From the NCBI RefSeq assembly GCF_016127575.1, contig NZ_CP066018.1, positions 3,240,001 to 3,272,000 on the forward strand: DNA of 32,000 bases. Direction: 5' to 3'. Positions 1 through 7,442 of this stretch are shown in pieces. Positions within the stretch are counted from its first letter, which is position 1, and each line of letters opens with the position of its first letter. The notes under the pieces were generated by a model that worked only from the letters and a program-made list of their open reading frames with translations, was not told the origin of the DNA and did no database searches. The position numbers were made by a program, and so were the translations under genes. The stretch comes from Cupriavidus necator. GTDB lineage: Bacteria; Pseudomonadota; Gammaproteobacteria; Burkholderiales; Burkholderiaceae.

Positions 1-380
1 GCGCACGCATTGGCGTTCAAGTAGCGCGCCGCCTCATGCTCACCGGTGAACGGATCGATGGCGCGGAGGCCCACCGTCTCGGGTTGCTGGATTACCTTGC
101 CGAATCCGAGGAGGCGTTGCCTGCGCGCGTGCGGGAAATTCTGGGGTCCGTCGTTGCCACGGCACCCGCAGCCAGCGCTGCAACCAAGTGCCTTCTGACG
201 CAGATGCGCCCACTTTCGGCACAGTCGCACGAGGCATTGACGCACTACCTGGACACTGCCTCCGTCAAGTTTGCGCAGCAGATGCGCTCCGAAGCGGTGG
301 AAGGCGTGACAGCCGCCCGGGAGCGCAGGCCGGCGCTCTGGAACGTGGGGGCCGAACTGCCGCCGCTTGCGGCGAACTGA
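1..380 (+). CDS. enoyl-CoA hydratase/isomerase (crotonase) family protein, C-terminal part; 5' end lies outside the window
   Basis: The frame is open from base 3 to the stop at 378-380. The translation ARIGVQVARRLMLTGERIDGAEAHRLGLLDYL... is the typical crotonase C-terminal helix region. GC3 is high. Confidence 0.8.
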   Translation, partial: ARIGVQVARRLMLTGERIDGAEAHRLGLLDYLAESEEALPARVREILGSVVATAPAASAATKCLLTQMRPLSAQSHEALTHYLDTASVKFAQQMRSEAVEGVTAARERRPALWNVGAELPPLAAN

Positions 381-421
381 ACCACACGCGTCGAACGTCA
401 ACTTTTCGGAGGTTGGAAATC

Positions 422-1615
422 ATGGCATCGCTGGAAGGCTTGAAGGTCGTGGATCTGTCCCGCGTACTTGGTGGTCCCCTGTGTGCGCAGATCCTCGGGG
501 ATCACGGTGCCAACGTGATCAAGGTGGAAGGTCCGATGGGCGATGAGACGCGCACCTGGGGGCCGCCCTTTAATGAGGCTGGCATGGCTTCGTACTTCGC
601 GGGCATCAATCGCAACAAGCGCACTGTGTGCCTCGACCTCGCGTTGCCGCAAGGACGCGAAGTACTGATGCAGCTGCTCACCGAAGCGGACGTGCTTATC
701 GAGAACTTCAAGGTCGGCACCCTGGAGCGTTGGGGGATGGGGTACGACGACGTGCTCTCCTTGCGCTTTCCAAGGCTGATCCATTGTCGTGTCACGGGCT
801 TCGGTGCGACGGGGCCGCTCGGTGGGCTGCCCGGCTACGACGCCGCGGTACAGGCGCTCGGTGGCATCATGAGCATCAACGGTGACCCGGATGGAACGGC
901 CACGCGCGTTGGGGTGCCGATCGTCGATGTGACGACTGGTCTGAGCGCCGTGATCGGGGTGTTGTTGGCCTTGCATGAGCGTGAGCGCAGCGGTAAAGGA
1001 CAGTCCATTGAGTCGGCACTGTATGACAACGCTCTGTTCTCCCTATACCCACACTCCATCAACACGCTCTTCACCGCCAAGGCTCCGATGCGGTCTGGCA
1101 ATGGCCATCCGAACATCGCGCCCTACGACACCTATGCCACTGCCACCGAGCCCATCTATCTCGCGGTCGGCAACAATGGCCAGTTTCAGCGGCTGTGCGA
1201 AGCGGTGGACCGAACGGAACTGGCGGTCGATGCGCGCTACGCAACCAATGCTCAGCGAGCCGTGCATCGTTTCGAGCTCAAGCGCGATCTTGAGGCCGCC
1301 TTCAGCCGCTTCGAAGCGCAGTCGCTGTTCGAACGCCTGGTGGCAGTTGGCGTGCCGTGCGGTGTCATCCACAACGTGGTCGAGGCGCTGAACCACCCGC
1401 ACACGGCACACCGGGGCATGGTGGCTGAAATTGGAAAATTCAAGTCGGTCGCTTCGCCGGTCAAGCTTAGCCGCACGCCGGCAACGTACCGTGAAGCTCC
1501 GCAAGAGATCGGCGCGAACACGGTGGAGGTGCTGCGCGAGGCGGGCCTTACGGAATCACAGATCGAAAAGCTGCTCGAGCAGGGGGTGGCGCTTCAGCGC
1601 AAGCGCACTCCGTAA
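422..1615 (+). CDS. CaiB/BaiF family (class III) CoA-transferase
   Basis: ATG at 422 is preceded by GGAGG at about 409-413. The N-terminus MASLEGLKVVDLSRVLGGPLCAQILGDHGANVIKVE is the family III CoA-transferase signature start. The upstream part of the 188..1615 ORF looks non-protein-like. Confidence 0.9.
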   Translation: MASLEGLKVVDLSRVLGGPLCAQILGDHGANVIKVEGPMGDETRTWGPPFNEAGMASYFAGINRNKRTVCLDLALPQGREVLMQLLTEADVLIENFKVGTLERWGMGYDDVLSLRFPRLIHCRVTGFGATGPLGGLPGYDAAVQALGGIMSINGDPDGTATRVGVPIVDVTTGLSAVIGVLLALHERERSGKGQSIESALYDNALFSLYPHSINTLFTAKAPMRSGNGHPNIAPYDTYATATEPIYLAVGNNGQFQRLCEAVDRTELAVDARYATNAQRAVHRFELKRDLEAAFSRFEAQSLFERLVAVGVPCGVIHNVVEALNHPHTAHRGMVAEIGKFKSVASPVKLSRTPATYREAPQEIGANTVEVLREAGLTESQIEKLLEQGVALQRKRTP

Positions 1616-1654
1616 GGTGCAACCCCGACAGCGGAGCCGCACACTGGCGACATC

Positions 1655-1697
1655 ATGGCCGCACTGAAATCCGGCCATCGGTCGGAGCGATTTTTTT
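1655..1697 (+). terminator. possible intrinsic terminator after the CoA-transferase gene
   Basis: Stem ATGGCCG (1655-1661) pairs with CGGCCAT (1672-1678). A T7 run follows at 1691-1697, but it is 12 nt from the stem, so the geometry is imperfect. Confidence 0.4.
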
Positions 1698-1744
1698 GCT
1701 GTTGACTGCTGCAGCGGCCTCGGCAATACCGCTCCGCTCACGGC

Positions 1745-1776
1745 AAAAAAATCCCCCGAGGCTGTTACTTGGGGGA
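1745..1776 (-). terminator. intrinsic terminator for the small repeat-protein gene
   Basis: A 9-bp stem (1752-1760 pairs with 1768-1776; CCCCC/GGGGG core) has a 7-nt loop. On the minus strand it is followed directly by TTTTTTT (A-run 1745-1751 on the plus strand). It lies about 75 nt downstream of the stop at 1851. Confidence 0.7.
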
Positions 1777-1787
1777 GGTGCTGGTCT

Positions 1788-1824
1788 GTGGCCGGAGACG
1801 CTGAGTCCCGGCCACGAATTTTTT
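1788..1824 (+). terminator. plus-strand terminator-like hairpin
   Basis: GTGGCCGG (1788-1795) pairs with CCGGCCAC (1808-1815) around a 12-nt loop, followed by GAA and T6 (1819-1824). It lies between the minus-strand gene stop and that gene's own terminator, so convergent transcripts would overlap. Confidence 0.5.
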
Positions 1825-1850
1825 GAGGGGACACTCTTTTCTGTAGTTCC

Positions 1851-2108
1851 TTACATGCTGTGGTCAACGAGTCCATCGCGGTTGGTGATTCTCGCGCCAT
1901 CGGTGTACACGTCGCGCCTATCCGAGACTTTCGCCCCGTCTGAATAGACGTCAAACTTTGTGGTCTTGCCCCCATCGGAATATGGGTCTCGCGGCCCCAT
2001 CACGCTGGCGCCGTCAGTGTAGACATCCCGCGTCCCGATGCCGGCATAGGCGATTCCGGCACTAAGCGCCGCACCCGCCGCAGCGAGCAGTATGACTGTC
2101 TTTACCAT
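1851..2108 (-). CDS. small secreted repeat protein (85 aa): signal peptide plus four D-x-Y-x-D-G repeats; function unknown
   Basis: ATG at 2108 is preceded by GGAGGTAAGAA. The N-terminus MVKTVILLAAAGAALSAGIAYA is signal-peptide-like, with AYA as a likely cleavage site. The mature part is RDVYTDGASVMGP / RDPYSDGGKTTKF / DVYSDGAKVSDR / RDVYTDGARITNR. Confidence 0.75.
   Translation of the reverse strand: MVKTVILLAAAGAALSAGIAYAGIGTRDVYTDGASVMGPRDPYSDGGKTTKFDVYSDGAKVSDRRDVYTDGARITNRDGLVDHSM
1894..2027 (-). repeat. in-frame tandem coding repeats with 39/36/39-nt period
   Basis: The Asp codons of the DVYTDG-type units sit at 1911-1913, 1950-1952, 1986-1988 and 2025-2027 (minus strand). This spacing was read directly from the sequence. 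Confidence 0.8.
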
Positions 2109-2544
2109 TTTTCTTACCTCCATTTCAGGTCGTTGCAAAAACACCGAAACGATTCTTCTTTCGCTTCAGTTTGAGGGTCGCAACTTCGCACAAGTGCAAT
2201 GAAATGTAGGCCTTGGCGACAAGCATATGAATCGGGCTTTTTTCCGAAAAGAGGCTAGGGGATTGCCCTAGCCGGTGGGCAGGCAGATTCAGTCCTGCAT
2301 TACTGCACGGTGGCGATCGAATCCATCCGGCAACTCTTACCGCGCAAGGGAGTTCTGGCGTAGATTCATAGTAGTGTTGTGGCACCATGGTTTTGCAGCG
2401 CTTCGCCTTGCATCGATTCGGTGCAGGCTCGTGATTTGCCGCAGGTGCATGGAACATTCACTTTCGCAAGAGTGTCGTCATTCCGTTTAACCACAGAAAT
2501 GACTGGATGTGACAGTGTCGGTTCCCGGGGGTTTGAAGCGAACC

Positions 2545-4215
2545 ATGTTTATTGTCCCGCGCAACTTAAGGCTCAGACTTTTCGTCCATACCGGACTTGT
2601 CGCTTTGGCGTATTTCGCAAGTGCAAAGCTGGGACTGGCTTATGCAGTAGTGGGCGGTGCGGTGTCTCTGGTGTGGCCTGCCAGCGGCGTGGCCCTGGTT
2701 GCGCTCCTTGTCATGGGTTTCGCAGCTGCCCCGGGAATTGCCATTGGCTCCTTTTTTGCCAATATGTCGGTCGGCGTGCCACTGCCAATGGCCGCGCTGA
2801 TTGGCTTCGGCGCGACGGCTGCAGCCTTGACTGCCACGTTGCTGTTGACGCGCGTGGCCCGGTTCCGGATTACCCTCGACCGCGTCAGGGACGTATTGGC
2901 CTTCATCATCCTGGCCGCGACAGTCAGCACAGCAGTGAGTGCCCTGATTGGTGCGACTGCTCTCCTTGGCGGGGGCCGGGTGTCGGCTTCCGAGTACGGC
3001 AAAGCAGTCCTGGAATGGTGGCTCGGTGACATGATGGGGGTGCTGGTAGTGGCTCCGCCCCTGCTCAGCCTGCTTGCGAGTCCTGGCCCTGTGCACTCCA
3101 CAAAGCAGGCCGTGGAAGCGTGCGGACTGACCGTTGCCATGCTCTGGGCAAGTTACCTCATCTTCGGCGCTCCCGAGCTTGCCGGGCACGGCTACTACCC
3201 TTCAGCCCTGGCGATTCTTCCGTTCATCATCTGGGCGGCTCTGCGTTTCGATCACCTTGGCACCACCTTCGCAACCTTGCTGGTCTCGATCGTTGCCATC
3301 TGGGGCACCACCAACGGCACCGGTCCCTTTGCCGCAGTGTCTCCAGTGGATAGCCTTGTGAGATGGTGCGCCTTCGCGAACGTCGTGGCAGTCACCGGGC
3401 TGCTGCTGGTGGCGGCACATGCCCAGGAGAAGCGCGTCCATAGCCTGCTGCAGGCATCCCACATCGAACTGGAGGGGCGCGTGCGGGAGCGAACCCGGGA
3501 CCTGCAGCGGGCAAACCATGAACTGAAGCAGGAGATGGCGCGGCGTCGCCTGCTGGAAGCGGAGCTGATCCGGATCGGCGACCAGCAGCAGAGACTCATC
3601 GGCCGGGAGCTGCATGACGGCCTCGGGCAGCACCTCACCAGCCTGGGCTTCTACTGCACGAGCCTGAATCAAACGCTGCAGAAGCATGGCCACCCGGCTG
3701 CGGCGGACGCGGCTACCATCGTCGGACTGGTGAAGCAGGCGTCCTTGATGACTCGCAAGATTGCCCACGGCCTGGACCCGGTCGCCATGGAATCCGGTGG
3801 CCTTGCGCTCGCCCTGCAGAGGCTGGCGCAGACGACCTGCGCGCTGGATGGCATTGACTGCACGCTGCGCATCGGCTCGGACGTGGACTTGCTCGATCCG
3901 CCGATGCAGATCAACCTTTATCGTGCGGCGCAGGAAGCCGTGAACAACGCGCTGAAATACAGCCAGGGACACCACATCGGGATCGACCTTGAGCGCGAAG
4001 GCGGGATGCAGCGGCTTTCCATCAGTGACGACGGGGTGGGGGTGGACCCGGAGCAAATGGAGCGTGCCTCGGGACTGGGACTTCACAACCTGCGTCACCG
4101 GGCGAGCCTCCTGGGCGGCTCCTGCACGATCACCCGCAATGCTCTGGGCGGCACCACGGTTGCCATCAGCTATCCGATACCAGAGAGTCCGGGCCATGCA
4201 ACAGAAGCCATCTAG
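2545..4215 (+). CDS. MASE1-domain sensor histidine kinase (HisKA_3 / HATPase_c, NarX-like class)
   Basis: The N-terminal approximately 300 aa is multi-pass hydrophobic and MASE1-like (LVALAYFASAKLGLAYA...). A coiled linker follows, then the H-box RELHDGLGQHLTSL and an ATPase region NALKYSQGHHIGIDL...DDGVGV...GLGLHNLRHRA. The start could be ATG 2545 or GTG 2509. Confidence 0.88.
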   Translation: MFIVPRNLRLRLFVHTGLVALAYFASAKLGLAYAVVGGAVSLVWPASGVALVALLVMGFAAAPGIAIGSFFANMSVGVPLPMAALIGFGATAAALTATLLLTRVARFRITLDRVRDVLAFIILAATVSTAVSALIGATALLGGGRVSASEYGKAVLEWWLGDMMGVLVVAPPLLSLLASPGPVHSTKQAVEACGLTVAMLWASYLIFGAPELAGHGYYPSALAILPFIIWAALRFDHLGTTFATLLVSIVAIWGTTNGTGPFAAVSPVDSLVRWCAFANVVAVTGLLLVAAHAQEKRVHSLLQASHIELEGRVRERTRDLQRANHELKQEMARRRLLEAELIRIGDQQQRLIGRELHDGLGQHLTSLGFYCTSLNQTLQKHGHPAAADAATIVGLVKQASLMTRKIAHGLDPVAMESGGLALALQRLAQTTCALDGIDCTLRIGSDVDLLDPPMQINLYRAAQEAVNNALKYSQGHHIGIDLEREGGMQRLSISDDGVGVDPEQMERASGLGLHNLRHRASLLGGSCTITRNALGGTTVAISYPIPESPGHATEAI

Positions 4216-4861
4216 CCCGGGCCGCGCAACCCAGATCCTGATCGTGGATGACCACCCCATCATCCGCGAGGGGTTAAGCCAAATGCTGAATCTGCATGAG
4301 GACCTGCACGTCTGCTGTGCGGCCGGCAGTGCCGAAGAGGCTCTGGCGTTGATGGCCTGCCAGCCTGACGTGGCCGTTGTCGACCTCAGCCTGCACTCGA
4401 ACTCCGGCCTGGATCTTGTCAGGATGCTGCGGCAACACTATCCAAGGCTGGCAATCCTTGTCCTCAGCATGCATGACGAAACGCTGTTTGCCGAACGCGC
4501 ACTGCGCGCAGGCGCCAACGGGTATCTGATGAAACTCGAGGCCACGGAGCATATTGTGAATGCCATCCGCGAGGTGCTGGCAGGCAATGTCTACCTGAGC
4601 GCCGCCATGCATGACAAGCTGGCGCGGGCCCTGAAGGCTCCTCAAAGAAGCCGCGCGGGCTCGATCGCAAGCTTGTCGGAACGGGAGTTCGAAGTCCTGC
4701 ACCTGATCGGGCTTGGCTTCAGCACCCGCCAGATCGCCGGGAAACTGAATCGCAGCGTCAAGACCATCGAGGCGCATCAGGCCAACATCAAGGAAAAGCT
4801 GGACATCCCCAACGGCAAGGAGTTGATGCGCTTCGCGATTCAGTGGATCGAGAGCCAATAG
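4196..4861 (+). CDS. NarL/FixJ-family response regulator (REC domain plus LuxR-type HTH)
   Basis: ATG at 4196 overlaps the kinase 3' end by 20 nt. The translation MQQKPSSPGRATQILIVDDHPIIREGL carries the REC acidic pocket. The C-terminus LSEREFEVLHLIGLGFSTRQIAGKLNRSVKTIEAHQANIKEKL is a LuxR-type HTH. Confidence 0.92.
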   Translation: MQQKPSSPGRATQILIVDDHPIIREGLSQMLNLHEDLHVCCAAGSAEEALALMACQPDVAVVDLSLHSNSGLDLVRMLRQHYPRLAILVLSMHDETLFAERALRAGANGYLMKLEATEHIVNAIREVLAGNVYLSAAMHDKLARALKAPQRSRAGSIASLSEREFEVLHLIGLGFSTRQIAGKLNRSVKTIEAHQANIKEKLDIPNGKELMRFAIQWIESQ

Positions 4862-5289
4862 GGGTTGAGTTGCTTTCGCCTGCTTGAACGCTCGACTGCT
4901 CGCGGCCCTGGGCCGGACGGAAGCCTGGTAGCGCGTGTCAAGGGCGGGGAACGTCCCACATAAGCTGCGTTCAGATCTGAAGTGAAGATCGATTTAGCTG
5001 GCCCGGGCCCGCACCGCAGTCCGCTTCTGGTGCCGCAGCGAATCTCGTTAGTCTCTTTTTTCCCCCGAACGGGGCGTTCCGCCCATGGCGGAATTTGCAT
5101 ACACTCGCCCACTCCGTGGACCAACGGCCAGCACAGGCGGTCCATCGTGATCTGTGGGCCGTCGGTGGGGATTCCACAGGGGGCGGCGCGGGCCCGGGGT
5201 TTGGGCGCTTCTGTCCCTTTCCGGTCGTTCAACCGGTAGATTCGAATACACGCCTGGCGGCCCGGACGCCGGAAAACAACCTGCTGCGT

Positions 5290-6213
5290 TTACTTCCCAA
5301 ACTCACTGAACCTGGCCGCCAGGAATTCCACGAACAGCCGGATCCGGGACGACAGCTGGTGCCGCTGCTGGTAGACGGCATAGATGTCCGCCTCGGGCGT
5401 CGCGTATTGCGGCAGTACCTGCACCAGGCGGCCACTGCGCAGGAACCGCTCGATGTCCCACTCGGCGCGCATCAGGATGCCGTGGCCTTGCAGCGCCCAG
5501 TTGACCGCGATCTCGCCGTCATTGGTGGTGAGGTTGCCGCGCACATGGACCGATTCGGTCCGCGCCTTGGTCCCTTTGCCTGAGGTCAGGCGCCACACGC
5601 CATAGGCGTCGCTGCCCTGGCGGATGCCGATGCAGTTGTGCTGGCGCAGGTCGGCGGGCGTGTGCGGGGTGCCGTGGCTGCGCAGGTACTTGGGCGAGGC
5701 GCACAGCAGGCGCCGGTTCGGCGCCAGCTTCCGGGCCACGATGCGGGCGTCGGGCGGCTGGCCGAAGCGGACGCAGACGTCGAAGGCATCTTCGGTCAGC
5801 GGCGGCGGGTCGGCGGACAGCTGGAGCTGGACATCGACCTCGGGGTAGGTGGCGACATACTCGGAAATCACCGGCGCCACATGCATGCGCCCGAACCCCA
5901 GCGTGGCATTGACCCGCAGCAGGCCGCTCGGCCGGCCCTTTGAGCGGGTCAGGATCTGGTCCAGGTCGTCGATCTCGCTGAGGATGCGCCGCGCGTGCTC
6001 CAGGTAGACCTCGCCCTCCGGCGTCAGGCTCATGCGCCGCGTGGTGCGCGTCACCAGCGGCATGCCGATGCGCGCTTCCATCTGCGCCAGCCGCTTGCTG
6101 ACCGCGGCGGTAGTGATCCCAAGGTCGCGCGCGGCCGCGCTCAGGCTGCCTGCCGTGGCCACCGACGTGAAGAATCCCAGTTCTGACGGTTGGATGCCGG
6201 ACGATAGCGCCAT
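5290..6213 (-). CDS. LysR-family transcriptional regulator (TtuA/DmlR-like by position)
   Basis: The N-terminal HTH reads FFTSVATAGSLSAAARDLGITTAAVSKRLAQMEARIGMPLVTRTTR. The gene is divergent from the tartrate dehydrogenase gene. Confidence 0.9.
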   Translation of the reverse strand: MALSSGIQPSELGFFTSVATAGSLSAAARDLGITTAAVSKRLAQMEARIGMPLVTRTTRRMSLTPEGEVYLEHARRILSEIDDLDQILTRSKGRPSGLLRVNATLGFGRMHVAPVISEYVATYPEVDVQLQLSADPPPLTEDAFDVCVRFGQPPDARIVARKLAPNRRLLCASPKYLRSHGTPHTPADLRQHNCIGIRQGSDAYGVWRLTSGKGTKARTESVHVRGNLTTNDGEIAVNWALQGHGILMRAEWDIERFLRSGRLVQVLPQYATPEADIYAVYQQRHQLSSRIRLFVEFLAARFSEFGK

Positions 6214-6231
6214 TCCATCTTTAATTTCAGG

Positions 6232-6246
6232 TTAACAATGGTTTAA
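6232..6246. promoter_or_regulatory. candidate LysR-type binding dyad (TTAA-N7-TTAA, containing T-N11-A)
   Basis: TTAACAATGGTTTAA lies in the 124-bp divergent intergenic region, about 20 bp from the LysR start and about 90 bp from the ttuC start. This is a motif-level call only. Confidence 0.35.
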
Positions 6247-6337
6247 CTCTACAAGCGATCCAAAACCTTGTCCACGGCCCAGAATCCGCCCCATGCACTC
6301 AACTCGTATTTGAATCGATCTGGACCAGGAGACACGG

Positions 6338-7426
6338 ATGAAGACGTACCGCATTGCAACGATCCCCGGCGATGGCATTGGCAAGGAGGTGGTGCCGGCC
6401 GGCCGTGAAGTGATGGAGGCGCTGGCGGCTGCCGGTGCTGACTTCCGCTTTGAGTTCGAAGACTTCGACTGGGGTGGCGACTACTATCGCCAGCACGGCG
6501 TGATGATGCCCGCCGACGGCCTGGATGCGCTGCGCGACAAGGATGCCATCCTGTTCGGCTCCGCCGGCGACCCGCATATTCCCGATCACATCACGCTCTG
6601 GGGCCTGCGCCTGAAGATCTGCCAGGGCTTCGACCAGTACGCCAACGTGCGCCCGACGCGCATCCTGCCCGGCATCGATGCGCCGCTCAAGCGCTGCGCC
6701 GCGGAAGACCTGAACTGGGTGATCGTGCGCGAGAACTCGGAAGGCGAGTATTCGGGCGTGGGCGGCCGCGTGCACCAGGGCCACCCGATCGAGGCGGCCA
6801 CCGACGTCAGCATGATGACCCGCGTAGGGGTGGAGCGCATCCTGCGCTTTGCCTTCAAGCTGGCCCAGTCGCGTCCGCGCAAGCTGCTGACGGTGATCAC
6901 CAAATCCAACGCGCAGCGTCACGCCATGGTGATGTGGGATGAGGTGGCCGTGCAGGTAGCCAGGGACTTCCCGGACGTTACCTGGGACAAGGAACTCGTC
7001 GATGCGGCCACGGCGCGCATGGTGAACCGTCCGGCCTCGCTGGACACCATCGTCGCCACCAACCTGCATGCCGACATCCTGAGCGACCTGGCGGCGGCGC
7101 TGGCTGGCAGCCTGGGCATCGCCCCGACCGGCAATATCGATCCGGAGCGCCGCTACCCGTCGATGTTCGAGCCCATCCACGGCTCGGCCTTCGACATCAT
7201 GGGCAAGGGCCTGGCCAACCCGGTCGGCACCTTCTGGTCGGTGGTCATGCTGCTGGAACACCTGGGCGAAAACGAGGCGGCGCAGCGCGTGATGCAGGCC
7301 GTCGAAGCCGTCACCGCCAACCCCGCGCTGCACACCGGCGACCTGGGCGGCAAGGCGACTACCGCTGAAGTGACCAGGGCGGTGTGCGACCTGCTTGCCG
7401 CTGGCCAGCAAGCGAAGGCCGCCTGA
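6338..7426 (+). CDS. ttuC: tartrate dehydrogenase/decarboxylase / D-malate dehydrogenase (isocitrate/isopropylmalate dehydrogenase family)
   Basis: AGGAG lies upstream of ATG 6338. MKTYRIATIPGDGIGKEVVPAGREVMEAL...FDWGGDYY is the characteristic TtuC/DmlA N-terminus. A divergent LysR gene sits next to it, as in the dmlR-dmlA and ttuA-ttuC arrangements. Confidence 0.9.
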   Translation: MKTYRIATIPGDGIGKEVVPAGREVMEALAAAGADFRFEFEDFDWGGDYYRQHGVMMPADGLDALRDKDAILFGSAGDPHIPDHITLWGLRLKICQGFDQYANVRPTRILPGIDAPLKRCAAEDLNWVIVRENSEGEYSGVGGRVHQGHPIEAATDVSMMTRVGVERILRFAFKLAQSRPRKLLTVITKSNAQRHAMVMWDEVAVQVARDFPDVTWDKELVDAATARMVNRPASLDTIVATNLHADILSDLAAALAGSLGIAPTGNIDPERRYPSMFEPIHGSAFDIMGKGLANPVGTFWSVVMLLEHLGENEAAQRVMQAVEAVTANPALHTGDLGGKATTAEVTRAVCDLLAAGQQAKAA

Positions 7427-7442
7427 GCGCAAGGGCCGTTTC

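Noticed and set aside
188-421. N-terminal 78-codon extension of the CoA-transferase ORF; similarly, the upstream extensions of ORFs 3989, 7395, 17757, 19984 and 26504
   Set aside because: In every case the extension overlaps the preceding gene or is non-protein-like. An internal start with an SD coincides with the conserved family N-terminus.
2379-3029. 216-aa plus-strand ORF upstream of, and overlapping, the sensor kinase gene
   Set aside because: It is out of frame with the MASE1 domain, which is clearly hydrophobic and membrane-like. The translation is Cys/Arg/Gly-rich and there is no start context.
5230-5260. GATTCGAAT, a T-loop-like sequence suggesting a tRNA or tmRNA fragment
   Set aside because: The flanking bases do not form a T-stem or an acceptor stem on either strand, and no cloverleaf could be built.
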